A DNA stretch of 64,000 nt. Origin: Actinomycetes bacterium. GTDB taxonomy: Bacteria; Actinomycetota; Actinomycetes; JBOGEN01. The first letter of the stretch is position 1. Each line of letters starts with the position of its first letter. The DNA lies in assembly GCA_050743265.1 (NCBI GenBank), contig JBOGEN010000203.1, forward strand, positions 16,907 through 80,906. The letters are read 5' to 3'. Made by a program: the position numbers and the translations under genes. Of the stretch, positions 1 to 10,725 are shown piece after piece. The notes beneath the pieces are model-generated. The model was given only the letters and a program-made list of their open reading frames with translations. It did not search any database and was not told the origin of the DNA.

Positions 1-1
1 G

Positions 2-1708
2 CCGTTCTTCGCCTACTTCTCGACCGGGTGCAGCCACGCGCCGCACCACGTGGCCAAGGCCTGGGCCGACAGGTACGAGGGCAAGTTCGACCGGGGCTGG
101 GACCGGCTGCGTGAGGAGACCTTTGCCCGCCAGCAGGAGCTCGGCGTGGTCCCGGCCGACGCGGTGCTCACCCCACGGAACGAGGCATTCCCCGCCTGGG
201 ACGACGTCCCGGACACGCTGAAGCCGTTCTACGCCCGCCAGATGGAGGTGTACGCCGGCTACTCGGAGAACGCCGACCACAACGTCGGTCGTGTCATCGA
301 CGCCATCGACGAGCTGGGCGAGCTCGACAACACTGTGATCGTCTGGATTTGGGGCGACAACGGCGCCAGCATGGAGGGCACCGTCACCGGGTCGTTCAAC
401 GAGCTGACGATGCAGAACGGCATCCCGCTCTCCGACGAGATGCAGCTCCAGCTCACCGAGCGCTACGGCGGCACGGACGCCTGGGGTGCCGAATCCATGG
501 CCCCGCACTACGCGGCTGCCTGGGCCTGGGCCGGCAACACACCGTTCCAGTGGGGCAAGCAGGTCGGCTCGCACCTGGGGGGCACGCGGAACCCGATGGT
601 CGTCCACTGGCCGGAGCGGATCGCCGAACGCGGCGCCCTGCGCCCGCACTGGACGCACGTCATCGACGTCGCCCCGACCATCCTCGAGGTCGCCGGCATC
701 CCCGCGCCGACCGCGGTCGACGGCATCGACCAGGAGCCGCTGCACGGGGTCACGTTCGCCGACTCGCTCACCGACGCTGGCGCACCCGAGCACCACACGC
801 AGCAGTACTTCGAGACCATCGGCAACCGGGCCATGTACAAGGACGGCTGGTGGCTCGCAATGAGGACACCACGGATCCCGTGGCTGCTCACCCCGGAGGC
901 GCTGAAGCCGTACGCGCCATGGGTCTGGGACCCCGACAAGGGCTCCGCCGAGCTGTACTACCTGCCCGACGACTTCACCCAGGCCCACGACCTCGCGGCC
1001 GCGCACCCAGAGAGGGTCGCCGAGCTGCGCGAGCTGTTCTGGGCCGAGGCCGAGAAGTACAAGGTGCTGCCTTTGCTGGCGACCCTCGGTGTCTTCTTCG
1101 GGATCACCCCGCCGCTGCCGGACGTCACGACCTTCGAGTTCCGCGGCGACGTGCAGAACGTGCTGTCCGGCATGATCCCACGCCTCTACAACCACTCGTA
1201 CACCATCAGCGCCGACCTGACCGTCCCCCCGGGGCGTACCGAGGGCGTGATCGTGGCTGAGGCCGACCACCTCGGAGGGTTCTCGCTGTTCGTCGAGAAC
1301 GGCAGGCTCACCCACACCTACTCGATGATGGGCGTGTTCCTCTACCGGCAGCAGGCCGACGAGCAGCTACCCCTCGGCGAGGTGAACGTGCGAATGGAGT
1401 TCAGAGCCGACGCACCCAAACCCGCCACCGGCGGAGACGTGACCCTGTTCGTCAACGACAAGCCCGTCGGCGGGGGACGCATGAACCACACGGTGCCCGT
1501 CCGGTTCTCCGGCTACGCAGGCATGGACATCGGCCGCGACAACGGCGCCGTGGTCGACCGCAGCTACGAACACCGCAAGCCGTTCCCCTTCACCGGCACC
1601 GTCAACAAGGTGGTGTTCGACATCAAGCCGCACTTCACGAGTGAGCACGAGCAGACCGTGCACCAAGCCGCACAGCACGGGCAAGCCGCGCACGTGCTCT
1701 CGGAGTAG
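2..1708 (+). CDS. arylsulfatase (sulfatase family), 5'-truncated by the window edge
   Basis: The reading frame is open from base 2 and translates as PFFAYFSTGCSHAPHH...WIWGDNGAS, which are sulfatase-family motifs. The gene continues upstream of the window, the ORF-track ATG at 50 is internal, and the stop is at 1706-1708. Confidence 0.8.
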   Translation, partial: PFFAYFSTGCSHAPHHVAKAWADRYEGKFDRGWDRLREETFARQQELGVVPADAVLTPRNEAFPAWDDVPDTLKPFYARQMEVYAGYSENADHNVGRVIDAIDELGELDNTVIVWIWGDNGASMEGTVTGSFNELTMQNGIPLSDEMQLQLTERYGGTDAWGAESMAPHYAAAWAWAGNTPFQWGKQVGSHLGGTRNPMVVHWPERIAERGALRPHWTHVIDVAPTILEVAGIPAPTAVDGIDQEPLHGVTFADSLTDAGAPEHHTQQYFETIGNRAMYKDGWWLAMRTPRIPWLLTPEALKPYAPWVWDPDKGSAELYYLPDDFTQAHDLAAAHPERVAELRELFWAEAEKYKVLPLLATLGVFFGITPPLPDVTTFEFRGDVQNVLSGMIPRLYNHSYTISADLTVPPGRTEGVIVAEADHLGGFSLFVENGRLTHTYSMMGVFLYRQQADEQLPLGEVNVRMEFRADAPKPATGGDVTLFVNDKPVGGGRMNHTVPVRFSGYAGMDIGRDNGAVVDRSYEHRKPFPFTGTVNKVVFDIKPHFTSEHEQTVHQAAQHGQAAHVLSE

Positions 1709-1736
1709 CCGCCGCGGGGCCCAAAGGAGGGAACGG

Positions 1737-2252
1737 ATGGCGTTCGATGACGAAACCACCGACGTCCTGATCGGCGGGTACATGTCGAAAGACGCCGCGG
1801 AACAGGACTACGAGTCCGTCCTGCGCAGCGGCGGCTACCTGCACGGCGCCGTCGTCGTGACCAAGGACCTCGACGGCAACCTGTCGGTCGAGCAAACCGA
1901 CCACATGGTTCGGGAAGGCGCGGCAGGCCTCGGGGCCGTAGGGTTCGCCATCGGACTGTTCGCACCGCCACTGCTCGCCGCCACCGCCGTCGGCGCAGCA
2001 ATGGGCGCAGGCGCGGGCAAACTGCTGCACCAGCGCACCAAGACCAAGCTCCAGCAGCAGGCCGGCGAAACCATCCCCCTCGGCGGAGCCGGCCTGATCC
2101 TCGCATACCCCAAGTCGGCGGCCGACAAGGTCGAACCCGCGGTCACCCGCGCGCTCGAACGCGCAGTAGGACAGGCCGAAGGACACCACGTCAAGGCCCT
2201 CAAGGGCGCGGTCGTGGACGCCCAACGGAAGATGGCCGAGGGGAACGCCTGA
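1737..2252 (+). CDS. small glycine-zipper membrane/stress protein (DUF1269-like)
   Basis: The ATG at 1737 is preceded by AAAGGAGGGAACGG. A Gly/Ala-rich hydrophobic core, GLGAVGFAIGLFAPPLLAATAVGAAMGAGAG, is flanked by charged segments. The 5' extension in the ORF track has no RBS. Confidence 0.55.
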   Translation: MAFDDETTDVLIGGYMSKDAAEQDYESVLRSGGYLHGAVVVTKDLDGNLSVEQTDHMVREGAAGLGAVGFAIGLFAPPLLAATAVGAAMGAGAGKLLHQRTKTKLQQQAGETIPLGGAGLILAYPKSAADKVEPAVTRALERAVGQAEGHHVKALKGAVVDAQRKMAEGNA

Positions 2253-2484
2253 CACCCCCGCACGCGAGTACCTCACACGGCGACGGCCGAAATGCGGACC
2301 TGGTCAGGACCTCCACGATCTCCGTCCTTTGCTGACAGCCACATTCGTATGCGGTCAGATCCCCGCCCCGGGGCTCGTTCAGGGTCGCTAGTGTCTCCGT
2401 GATAGCGGGTACCTCCCTCGTCCGAGCGGGCTTGCTCGCCATCGAAAACGGGTCCCGCAGGATCGGGAAGGCGGAGAAGCTCCG

Positions 2485-3267
2485 ATGCCCGTTGCCAGAA
2501 CCGACGACGGCGTCTCGCTCGCGTACTCCACGCGGGGGACGGGCCCAAGGAACCTGGTGTTCCTCCACGCCTGGGGTGCATCCGGCAGCTACTTCGACGA
2601 GACGATCACGAGCCTCGACGCGAGCGCCGCAGGGGCGGTACGCGCGATCAGCCTCGACCTCCGCGGACACGGCGACTCCGACAAGCAAGACACCGAGCTG
2701 AGCTGGGACCGTCTCGCGCGAGACGTACTGTCCGTAGCCGACGATGCCGCGGCAGACACCTTCGTCGTCGTCGGCCACAGCCTGGGCGGCAAGCTCGCCC
2801 AGTACCTGCCGCTGGTCGCTCCGTCCCGGGTGGAGGGCCTGGTACTGGTGGCGAGCCCCTCCGCCGGCGAACTGCCGATCCCGCCGGCCGTTGCGCAGTG
2901 GGTCGAGCTCGCGGGCGACCCGTCGGCGCTCGTCGAGGTGACCGTCATCCCATACCTTCGTCGACCGGTCGCCCAGCACGTACTGCGACGCTTCGGGGAG
3001 AACGCCGCGAAGATCCCGCGGGTCTACCTCGAGCGGACTCTGACCCTGGTGAGCGCCACGTCGTTCATCGAGCAACTAGGCCCCGTCCAGGTGCCCGCCC
3101 TGCTGGTGTCGACCCCGGACGACCCGGTGCACACGACGGAGAGCGACATCGCCGCCTCGCTACCACACGCACGAGTCGAGGTCCTCGACTGCGGACCCGA
3201 GATCCCTATGGAACTCCCAGCGCAGCTCGCACAACTCATCGAGCAGTTCGTCGCAGACTTGCCCTAA
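2485..3267 (+). CDS. alpha/beta-fold hydrolase
   Basis: It carries the nucleophile elbow GHSLGG and starts LVFLHAWGASGSYF. The RBS-like GGAGAAG lies upstream of the ATG. Confidence 0.75.
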   Translation: MPVARTDDGVSLAYSTRGTGPRNLVFLHAWGASGSYFDETITSLDASAAGAVRAISLDLRGHGDSDKQDTELSWDRLARDVLSVADDAAADTFVVVGHSLGGKLAQYLPLVAPSRVEGLVLVASPSAGELPIPPAVAQWVELAGDPSALVEVTVIPYLRRPVAQHVLRRFGENAAKIPRVYLERTLTLVSATSFIEQLGPVQVPALLVSTPDDPVHTTESDIAASLPHARVEVLDCGPEIPMELPAQLAQLIEQFVADLP

Positions 3268-3452
3268 CACGACAAGGGTTCATGGACGAGCCACGAGCGC
3301 TCACTCCACCGCCCGAAACCACGGAGATCCTGCTGTGGCGAGCCCGTCACACCTCTGTTCCATGTCCGCTGCAGCGAGGCCAGGTCCGTGGAATCCGCAT
3401 GCAAGGGTGACCGCCGCACCCGCCGGTGGGCGGATCTGAGACGGTGGCGCCC

Positions 3453-3926
3453 ATGGGTGATGACAGCGGTCTGAGGCATGAGGATTCGGTCGTCGTTGCC
3501 GCGGCGCCCGAGGTGCTGTTCGACCTGGTCACTGACATCGGCCGCACGGGCGAGTGGAGCCCCGTCTGCACGGGGTGTTGGTGGGACGACCCGGCCGAGG
3601 CCGGCCAGGTGGGTGCCTGGTTCACCGGTCGAAACGAGCTGCCCCATCGCACCTGGCAGACGCGGTCGCAGGTGGTGGTGGCCCAGCGCCCGAGCGAGTT
3701 CGCGTTCCTTGTCGGCGATGGCTTCGTCCGCTGGGGTTACACCTTCGAGCCGGTGAGGGAGGGGACCTTGCTCGCCGAGTCCTGGCACTTTCTTCCTGCG
3801 GGTATCGAGATGTTCCAGCGCAAGTACGGCGAGGAGTCCGCGGCGGAGATCGCCGAGCGAACTCGGGCCGCCCGCACCGGCATCCCAGCGACCCTGGCCG
3901 CGATCAAGGTCATCGCCGAGAAGTGA
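3453..3926 (+). CDS. SRPBCC (polyketide cyclase/dehydrase-like) family protein
   Basis: An internal ATG starts MGDDSGLRHEDSVVVAAAPEVLFDLVTDIGRTGEWSP, which matches the usual N-terminus of this family. The ORF-track start at 3426 is an upstream extension. Confidence 0.6.
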   Translation: MGDDSGLRHEDSVVVAAAPEVLFDLVTDIGRTGEWSPVCTGCWWDDPAEAGQVGAWFTGRNELPHRTWQTRSQVVVAQRPSEFAFLVGDGFVRWGYTFEPVREGTLLAESWHFLPAGIEMFQRKYGEESAAEIAERTRAARTGIPATLAAIKVIAEK

Positions 3927-4096
3927 CAGCAAGCGTCAACAAGCCGACGATCCTTGGCCGGACCAAGACGACGTTTCACCCCCGCACTGGAGATGACGGC
4001 TGAGTCGACGCCGTCGGCAGGCGGAGCCCTCGGTCGAGTCGCCGTCACGGGACCGTAAGGAGCGACGGCGGCCCTGTCCGCGCGGCTGTCCCTAGT

Positions 4097-5161
4097 GTGA
4101 GCGGGATGCGTGTCCTGGTCACCGGCGGCTGCGGGTTCATCGGCTCCGCCCTCGTCCGGCTGCTGCACGAGGCCGGCCACGACGTGCGCGTGCTCGACCG
4201 CGTCGAGGCCCTTCCCGGGCACCTTCCCGCGGCCGTCGAGGTGTTCTGCGGGGACGTCCGGGACGCCCCGGTCTGCGACCGTGCGCTCGCAGGCATGGAC
4301 GCGGTGTCCCACCTCGCGGCCGTCGTGGGCATGGACACCGACCTGCAGGACATGCCGCGCTACGCCGGCGTGAACGACCTGGGTACCGCCGTGCTCCTCG
4401 CTGCCGGTGACCGTGCGGGGATCCGCCGGGTGGTGCTCGCGTCGTCGATGGTCGTCTATGGTGAGGGCGCGTACGCCTGCGCGGCCGACGGACCCGTCGC
4501 GCCCCGTCCGCGGACCGCGGACGACCTGGCCGCCGGCCGGTTCGAGCCTGGATGCCCGCGCTGCGGGGCGCCGTTGGAGCGGCAGCTCGTGCATGAGGAT
4601 GCCCGCCTCGACCCCCGCAACGTCTACGCGACGACGAAGGTCGCCCAGGAGCACCTCGTGGGCGCCTGGGCCCGCACCGGCGGCGGCTGCGGGGTGCTGC
4701 TGCGCTACCACAACGTGTACGGGCCGGGACTGCCCCGCGACACCCCGTACGCCGGGGTGGCCGCGCTGTTCCGGTCGGCGCTCGTTCGGGGCGAGGCACC
4801 GCGGGTGTTCGAGGATGGCCGGCAGATGCGCGACTTCGTCCACGTCCAGGACGTGGCCCGCGCGACGATGGCCGCGCTCGAACGCGCGCCCGTCGGCCTC
4901 GGGGACGTACGCGCCTACAACGTCGGGTCGGGCGAGCCGCGGTCGGTGGGAGACATGGCCGACGCGCTCGCGGACGCCGTGGACGGCCCACGTCCGGTCG
5001 TGACCGGCGCGTACCGGCTCGGTGACGTGCGGCACGTCACCGCCGCCTCGCAGCGGGTCGGGGACGAGCTGGGCTGGGCGCCCGCGCAGTCGTTCGGCGC
5101 GGGGATGCGCGAGCTGGCGGACGACCTCGGAGAGGTCGCCCGATCCGTCAGAGCGCGGTAG
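4097..5161 (+). CDS. NAD-dependent epimerase/dehydratase (extended SDR)
   Basis: It has the Rossmann motif [12 protein letters not shown] and an active-site YATTK. The start is either GTG 4097 or ATG 4106. The 3' end overlaps the convergent histidine-kinase gene by 14 nt. Confidence 0.8.
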   Translation: MSGMRVLVTGGCGFIGSALVRLLHEAGHDVRVLDRVEALPGHLPAAVEVFCGDVRDAPVCDRALAGMDAVSHLAAVVGMDTDLQDMPRYAGVNDLGTAVLLAAGDRAGIRRVVLASSMVVYGEGAYACAADGPVAPRPRTADDLAAGRFEPGCPRCGAPLERQLVHEDARLDPRNVYATTKVAQEHLVGAWARTGGGCGVLLRYHNVYGPGLPRDTPYAGVAALFRSALVRGEAPRVFEDGRQMRDFVHVQDVARATMAALERAPVGLGDVRAYNVGSGEPRSVGDMADALADAVDGPRPVVTGAYRLGDVRHVTAASQRVGDELGWAPAQSFGAGMRELADDLGEVARSVRAR

Positions 5162-6272
5162 GCCGCTGAGGAAGCCGGACCTCGAAGCGGCAGCCGCCGT
5201 CTGCGTTGACCACGGACACGTCCCCCCGGTGGGCGCCGACGATGCCGCGCACGATCGCGAGCCCCAACCCGGCGCCCCCGTTCTGGCCCGGCGTGCGGGC
5301 GTGGGTGCCGCGCCAAGAGACGTCGAACACGCGGGGGAGGTCTGCGGCCGGGATGCCCCCGCAGCCGTCCTGGACGGACAGCACGGCGTGCCCGTCGCGC
5401 GCGGACGCCGACACGCACACCGCCCTCCCGGCCGGCGTGTGCCGGACCGCGTTCACCACGAGGTTGGACAGGGCCCGGGACAGCTCTCGCTCGTCCCCGG
5501 TGACGAGCACCCGCGGCTCGCTCTCTCCGGCAAGAAGCACCTCGCACGTGCGCGCGAGCGGGTCGACCGCGGCGAGCGTGTCGCTGACGAGGTCGACGAG
5601 GGCGACGGGCTCGTCGTTGAGGTGCAGGGAGCCGGAGTGCAGGCGGCTCAGCTCGAACAGGTCGTCCACCATCATGGCCAGGCGGTCGACCTCGACGCGG
5701 ATCTGCTTGTGGTAGCGGTCGACGTCGTCGACCACACCGTCCTCCAGGGCCTCGGCCATGGCGCGCAGTCCGGCCAACGGCGTACGCAGGTCGTGCGACA
5801 CCCACGCGACGAGCTCGCGCCGGGACGACTCGAGCGCGCGCTCCCGCTCGCGGGCGCGGGCAAGCCGCTCGCCCGTGGTCTGCAGCTCCTGGCTCACATC
5901 GGCGAGCTCCGCCGTCTTGGGGTGGACGTCGAGCAGGGGTGGGTACTCCTCGGCGAGGGCAGCGGCAGCCTCGCGTACCGCACGGCTGTCGCCGACGACG
6001 CGACGGGCGGCCAGCAGCCCGAACACCGTGGCCACCACCCCGGCGACCACGCACACCACGAGGACGACGTCGAGGTCGTGCGGTGAGATGAACATCGCCT
6101 TCGCGGCGCCGACCACCCCGGCGACCACCGCGAGCACCGTCGTGGCGGTGGCCACCGCGAGCGTCGCGCGCAGCGATGGCCGCGGGTGGAGGCGGAGCGC
6201 GAGTGCGCCGAGCACGCCTACGCCCGCCGCACACCCGGCGGCGAGCAGGACGACGAGCACCGTGTCGTTCAC
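5148..6272 (-). CDS. sensor histidine kinase with a short two-TM sensor
   Basis: HisKA is [18 protein letters not shown] and a C-terminal HATPase has [14 protein letters not shown]. The GTG start VNDTVLVV overlaps the response-regulator stop in a GTGA arrangement. The longer ORF-track N-terminus would overlap the regulator gene. Confidence 0.8.
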   Translation of the reverse strand: MNDTVLVVLLAAGCAAGVGVLGALALRLHPRPSLRATLAVATATTVLAVVAGVVGAAKAMFISPHDLDVVLVVCVVAGVVATVFGLLAARRVVGDSRAVREAAAALAEEYPPLLDVHPKTAELADVSQELQTTGERLARARERERALESSRRELVAWVSHDLRTPLAGLRAMAEALEDGVVDDVDRYHKQIRVEVDRLAMMVDDLFELSRLHSGSLHLNDEPVALVDLVSDTLAAVDPLARTCEVLLAGESEPRVLVTGDERELSRALSNLVVNAVRHTPAGRAVCVSASARDGHAVLSVQDGCGGIPAADLPRVFDVSWRGTHARTPGQNGGAGLGLAIVRGIVGAHRGDVSVVNADGGCRFEVRLPQRPTAL

Positions 6273-7042
6273 GCGCCCTCCCGATCGCACCGGTAGCCGA
6301 CGCCCCACACCGTGACGACGAGCCGCGGATCGGCGGGGTCGGCCTCGATCTTCTCCCGCAGCCGGCGGATGTGGACGGTGACCGTGGACCTGTCCCCGTA
6401 CGACCAGCCCCACACCCGCTGCATCAGGTCCTCACGGGAGAAGGCACGCCCGGCGTGGCGCATGAGGAACGCGAGCAGGTCGTACTCCCGCATGGTGAGC
6501 GGGACCTCCTGCCCGTCACGGGTCACCCGGTGCGCGTCCAGGTCGAGCTCGACCGGGCCGGTACGCAGCACCGCCGGTGGGGCAGTCGGGCTGGCCGGCC
6601 GGTCGTGCCGTCCGCTCTGGACAGGTGCCGCCCCGGACGGCATCCGGCGCAGGACCGACTCCACGCGCAGCACCAGCTCGCGCGGGCTGAAGGGTTTCGG
6701 CACGTAGTCGTCGGCCCCGATCTCGAGGCCGGTGACCCTGTCGTCCTCCTCGCCGAGCGCGGTCAGCATGATCACAGCGACGTCGGCCCGGCCGTCCTTC
6801 CGCGCACGCAGCCGGCGACACACCTCGATCCCGTCGGCGCCCGGCAGCATGAGGTCGAGCACGACGAGGTCGGGTCCCCAGGCATCGGCCACCCGGAGCG
6901 CCTCGTCTCCGTCCCCGGCGTGCGCGACCGCGTACCCGGCCCGCTCGAGGTAGCCCGTCACCACCTCAGCCACCGTGGGGTCGTCGTCCACGACGAGGAC
7001 GCGCCGCCGCGCGCCCGGCCGCTCCTCCGGCGCCAGGGCCAT
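6269..7042 (-). CDS. OmpR/PhoB-family response regulator
   Basis: The receiver domain reads [13 protein letters not shown]...[10 protein letters not shown]. The C-terminal winged helix is [28 protein letters not shown]...TVWGVGYR. Confidence 0.85.
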   Translation of the reverse strand: MALAPEERPGARRRVLVVDDDPTVAEVVTGYLERAGYAVAHAGDGDEALRVADAWGPDLVVLDLMLPGADGIEVCRRLRARKDGRADVAVIMLTALGEEDDRVTGLEIGADDYVPKPFSPRELVLRVESVLRRMPSGAAPVQSGRHDRPASPTAPPAVLRTGPVELDLDAHRVTRDGQEVPLTMREYDLLAFLMRHAGRAFSREDLMQRVWGWSYGDRSTVTVHIRRLREKIEADPADPRLVVTVWGVGYRCDREGA

Positions 7043-7153
7043 CCCCCCAGCGTACGGAGGGGTTGGGGGCCTGTCGGCCCGGCCGGGCCGGCTGCGGCGA
7101 CCTGTCCTGGGTTCGTAAGGTCCTGACCTCGGGGGGTGGGGGCACGGCCGCGG

Positions 7154-8536
7154 TCACCACGAGGAGACCATCAGGTGCTCGACCGCCAGCGCCGTGGCCA
7201 CCTGGACGGTGAGCCACCCGCGGTGGTGCCGTACGGGCAGGGCCGCGCAGGCCACGACGAACCAGGCGGTGAACGGGAGCCAGATCCGCTCGGTCTCGGC
7301 CTTGCTCATGCCGGACAGCGTGGCGGCGGCCACGACGACGAGCATGCCGGCGAGCAGGACGACCAGGCCGGGGGGAGCCTTGCCGCTCCCGCCGTGCCGA
7401 CCGGCCAGCATCCGCCGCAGGCCGGCGCACGCCGCGGGGCCGATGACCGCGACCTGGACGGCAAGGTTGGCCCACACCCAGTACGCGTACGGCCGGTCGC
7501 CGCCCCACCCGGCGTAGTACCGGGGGACGAGCGCCTGGTAGCCCTCCCACCAGACGAAGCCGTACGCCGCGAATACACCCACGACCGCGACCACGGGGAG
7601 CCCCGAGAGAACCAGGGTCCGCGGCCGCTGACGCAGCCACAGCAGCGCCAGCACCGGAAGTCCCAGCAGCACGACCCCGTACGACAGGAACAGCCCGAGG
7701 CCGAACAGCAGCCCCGCCCCGGCGGCCTGCACGTCGTGCCGGCGCCCCCGCGCACCCGTCGCCAGGGCGAGCAGGGCGAAACCCCAGGCGGTGACCGCGA
7801 GAAAGATCGCGTCGGCCGACACGGCGACGAACACCGCGCCGGGGAACAGGACGAGGAACGGGAGCGCGAGCCGTGCCCACGCCTCCCCGGCCAGGCTCCG
7901 GACGGCCAGCGCGATCGCAGGGACGGCGGCCACGCCGACGAGCACGTCCGTCGCGGCCGCCCAGGCCGGGCCGCCGAGGCCGACGCGGTCGAGACCGACG
8001 TAGGTAAGGTACGCGCCCGGGGGGTGACCGGCCACGTGGGTGATCCAGTTCTCGGGGTGGGAGCCCGCGATCCGCTCGGTGAAGGTGGCGAGGATCTCCG
8101 CCACCGGCGGGGCGTCCGGCACGTCGGTGAGGTAGTCCTCGTGGCGTCCGGGCGGCCCGACGATCCCGTACCAGTCTCGGGAGAGCGCGAGGCTGACCGC
8201 CCACGCCAGGGCCGTCAGGTAGGCGGCGCCGAGCAGACGGCCCCAGGCCATCCGGGCCGCGACCGGGGGGCCAGCGGTGACGACGCCGGCGGCGGCGAGC
8301 ACGGCCAGAGGCGTACCCCAGCCCACGTGGGGCTCCCAGTACGCGAGGAACGGCGCCGAGGCGGCGAGCACGGGGACGTCCCGCGCGTGCAGCTCCACGC
8401 CGACGACGAGCGCGGCTGCGAGGAACGCGAGAGCAGCACCGACCGTGACGAGGTCGGCCCGAAGCCCGGACGGGCGCGCCGGGGGAGACGCGTGACGGGG
8501 GCCGGGGGCGCCCGTCGCCGGGTCGGTGCGGGTCAC
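7154..8536 (-). CDS. polytopic integral membrane protein, putative GT-C-type (polyprenyl-phosphate-sugar dependent) glycosyltransferase
   Basis: The 460-aa protein has at least 10 predicted TM helices with conserved loop motifs HPPGAY and WWEGYQ. It is divergent from the GT2 gene. The fold assignment is inference only. Confidence 0.55.
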   Translation of the reverse strand: MTRTDPATGAPGPRHASPPARPSGLRADLVTVGAALAFLAAALVVGVELHARDVPVLAASAPFLAYWEPHVGWGTPLAVLAAAGVVTAGPPVAARMAWGRLLGAAYLTALAWAVSLALSRDWYGIVGPPGRHEDYLTDVPDAPPVAEILATFTERIAGSHPENWITHVAGHPPGAYLTYVGLDRVGLGGPAWAAATDVLVGVAAVPAIALAVRSLAGEAWARLALPFLVLFPGAVFVAVSADAIFLAVTAWGFALLALATGARGRRHDVQAAGAGLLFGLGLFLSYGVVLLGLPVLALLWLRQRPRTLVLSGLPVVAVVGVFAAYGFVWWEGYQALVPRYYAGWGGDRPYAYWVWANLAVQVAVIGPAACAGLRRMLAGRHGGSGKAPPGLVVLLAGMLVVVAAATLSGMSKAETERIWLPFTAWFVVACAALPVRHHRGWLTVQVATALAVEHLMVSSW

Positions 8537-8681
8537 GCGACCCGAGGCTAGGCACGCCTCGACGGCGACGGCTGCCCCGCGGCGGCGACCGTCAGCACCC
8601 CGTAACCCCGCTCACCCTCGTCAGCACCCTGTAACCCGTGGACGCGTTCCGGCGGGCGCCGCGCGGGGGCACCGTCCTGCC

Positions 8682-9347
8682 ATGGACACCGAAGAGGTCG
8701 TCGACGTCGTGCTTCCCTGCCGTGACGAGGCGGCCGCGCTGCCTGGCGTCCTCGCGCGCATCCCTGCCGGATTCTCGGCGCTCGTCGTCGACAACGGGTC
8801 GTCCGACGGGACGGCGGAGGTCGCGGCGTCCCTGGGCGCCCGCGTCGTGCGGGAGCCGCGCCCCGGGTACGGCGCCGCCGTCCACGCGGGGCTGCTCGCC
8901 GCACGGTCGGAGGTCGTCGCCGTCCTGGACGCGGACGGGTCGCTCGATCCCGCCCTGCTGCCGCTTCTCGTCGCGCCGGTGACGTCAGCGCAGGCGGACC
9001 TCGCCCTGGGGCGCCGGCGACACGTCGTACGAGGGGCCTGGCCGTGGCACGCCCGGGTGGGCAACGCTCTGCTCGCGCGGGTGCTGCGTCGACGGCTCCG
9101 CCTCCCCGTGCACGACATCGGGCCGATGCGGGTGGCGCGGCGTACGGCGCTGCTCGACCTCGGTGTCGTCGACCGGCGCTCGGGCTACCCGCTCGAGCTC
9201 CTCATACGCGCCGCGGCGGCGGGGTGGCGGGTGGTCGAGCTCAACGTCGACTACCGGCCGCGGGCGGAAGGCACCCGCTCGAAGGTCAGCGGGTCCCTGC
9301 GGGGGACGCTCACCGCGGTCCGGGACATGGCGATGGTGTTGCGGTGA
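8682..9347 (+). CDS. GT2 glycosyltransferase, polyprenyl-phosphate sugar synthase-like (Ppm/DPM1-like)
   Basis: The ATG MDTEEVVDVVLPCRDEAAAL is followed by VVDNGSSDGT and VLDADGS, which are the GT-A DxD region. The stop overlaps the next gene's start. Confidence 0.8.
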   Translation: MDTEEVVDVVLPCRDEAAALPGVLARIPAGFSALVVDNGSSDGTAEVAASLGARVVREPRPGYGAAVHAGLLAARSEVVAVLDADGSLDPALLPLLVAPVTSAQADLALGRRRHVVRGAWPWHARVGNALLARVLRRRLRLPVHDIGPMRVARRTALLDLGVVDRRSGYPLELLIRAAAAGWRVVELNVDYRPRAEGTRSKVSGSLRGTLTAVRDMAMVLR

Positions 9348-10102
9348 GCGGTCCACTCGCACCGACCCGGGGCACTGCCGCTCCCCCCACGCTCGTCGTC
9401 CTGGCGAAGGCGCCCGTTCCCGGCGCCGTGAAAACCCGGCTCACCCCGCCGCTGTCGCCTGCCCGGGCCGCGGACCTGGCCGCCGCAGCCCTGCTGGACA
9501 CGCTCGACGCGGTCGCGCGGGCCGCCCGCGCCCTCGGTGGCCCTCGTCCCGTTCTCGCCCTCGCCGGCGACCCGCGGGACGCGGTGCGCGCCGCGGCGCT
9601 TCGGCGCTCCCGGTGGTCGTTCACCGTCGTCCGCCAGCGGGGGACGGGCCTGGACGAGCGCATCGCCGCGGCGCACCGGGACGCCTCCGCACTGCACCCC
9701 GCCCACGGCACGCTCCAGGTGGGCATGGACACCCCCCAGGTCACCGCGGAGCGCCTGGTATGCGCCGCCGGAAGGCTGGCCTCCCCCGGAGTGGACGCGG
9801 TGCTGGGCCTCGCCGAGGACGGTGGCTGGTGGGCACTGGGCCTGCGCGACCCGCGGACGGGGGACGCGGTGCGTGGCGTACCCATGTCGCGGGAGGACAC
9901 CGGCGCCCTGACCCGCGCGAGCCTCACCGCGTGGGGCGCCGTTCCTGTCCTGCTCCCGACGGCGCGGGACGTGGACACCTGGGACGACGCGCGGGCCGTG
10001 GCCGCCGCGCACCCGTCCGGTCGGTTCGGCGCGACCGTCCGCGAGCTCGCCGCCCCCGTCACGCAGGCGCGCCCTCACACCCGGACAGGGGTGCTGTCGT
10101 GA
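9344..10102 (+). CDS. DUF2064 / TIGR04282-like putative glycosyltransferase
   Basis: It shares a GTGA start/stop overlap with the GT2 gene. LVVLAKAPVPGAVKTRLTPPL is characteristic of the DUF2064 family, which has a GT-A/MobA-like fold. Confidence 0.7.
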   Translation: MSGPLAPTRGTAAPPTLVVLAKAPVPGAVKTRLTPPLSPARAADLAAAALLDTLDAVARAARALGGPRPVLALAGDPRDAVRAAALRRSRWSFTVVRQRGTGLDERIAAAHRDASALHPAHGTLQVGMDTPQVTAERLVCAAGRLASPGVDAVLGLAEDGGWWALGLRDPRTGDAVRGVPMSREDTGALTRASLTAWGAVPVLLPTARDVDTWDDARAVAAAHPSGRFGATVRELAAPVTQARPHTRTGVLS

Positions 10103-10725
10103 CCGCCCTCACCCCGTACGACGTGGCGTTGCGGACCGGCGGTCCGTGCTGGGTACGCGGGTGCGACGGTGCCGCGCACCCGCTGCCGCTGAACCGCTGG
10201 CTCGCCGACGCCGACGAGGACGACCAGGCGATGCTGAGCCGCTGCGCGGGCGCGACGCTCGACGTGGGCTGCGGGCCGGGGCGGCTCACGGCAGCACTCG
10301 CCCAGCGGGGTGTCGTCGCGCTCGGCGTGGACGTGTCGGCCGAGGCGGTCCGTACGGCCCACGCCCGCGGCGCCCCGGCTCTGTGCCGGGACGTGTTCCG
10401 TGGTGTCCCCGGCGAACGCCGATGGGCGCACGTCCTGCTCGCGGACGGCAACATCGGCATCGGCGGTGACCCGGTGGCACTGCTCGCCCGCACGCGCGAC
10501 CTCCTCGCCCCCGGTGGCACGGTCGTCGCCGACGTGCGCGGCCGAAGCACTGGCGTGCAGCGGTTCACCCTGCGGCTCGAGGGCCCGCATGCCCCACCCG
10601 CGACCATCCCCTGGGCCGTCCTCGGGCGGGACGCCCTGCCCGGTGTCGCCGCCACGGCCGGCCTCACCGTGCGGGACGTCCGCCCCGTCGGGCGGCGGTG
10701 GGTCGCCGTCCTGGGGAAGGGCTGA
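10099..10725 (+). CDS. class I SAM-dependent methyltransferase
   Basis: It shares a GTGA overlap with the upstream gene. Motif I is LDVGCGPGRL and the post-I acidic residue lies in VALGVDVS. Confidence 0.75.
   Translation: MTALTPYDVALRTGGPCWVRGCDGAAHPLPLNRWLADADEDDQAMLSRCAGATLDVGCGPGRLTAALAQRGVVALGVDVSAEAVRTAHARGAPALCRDVFRGVPGERRWAHVLLADGNIGIGGDPVALLARTRDLLAPGGTVVADVRGRSTGVQRFTLRLEGPHAPPATIPWAVLGRDALPGVAATAGLTVRDVRPVGRRWVAVLGKG

Noticed and set aside
349-1260. Long alternative-frame ORFs rich in Arg, Pro and Ala inside or antisense to confident genes. Examples are 349-1260, 4137-4991, 4915-6234, 6966-8555, 28676-29566, 31226-34921 and 34714-36870.
   Set aside because: They show the typical GC-rich shadow-frame composition and have no domain signatures. 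Each overlaps a gene with clear family motifs in another frame.
4500-4600. Possible zinc-ribbon insertion ([13 protein letters not shown]) in the NAD-epimerase.
   Set aside because: Only one CxxC pair is present, so it is not a complete zinc ribbon. It is likely a lineage-specific loop.
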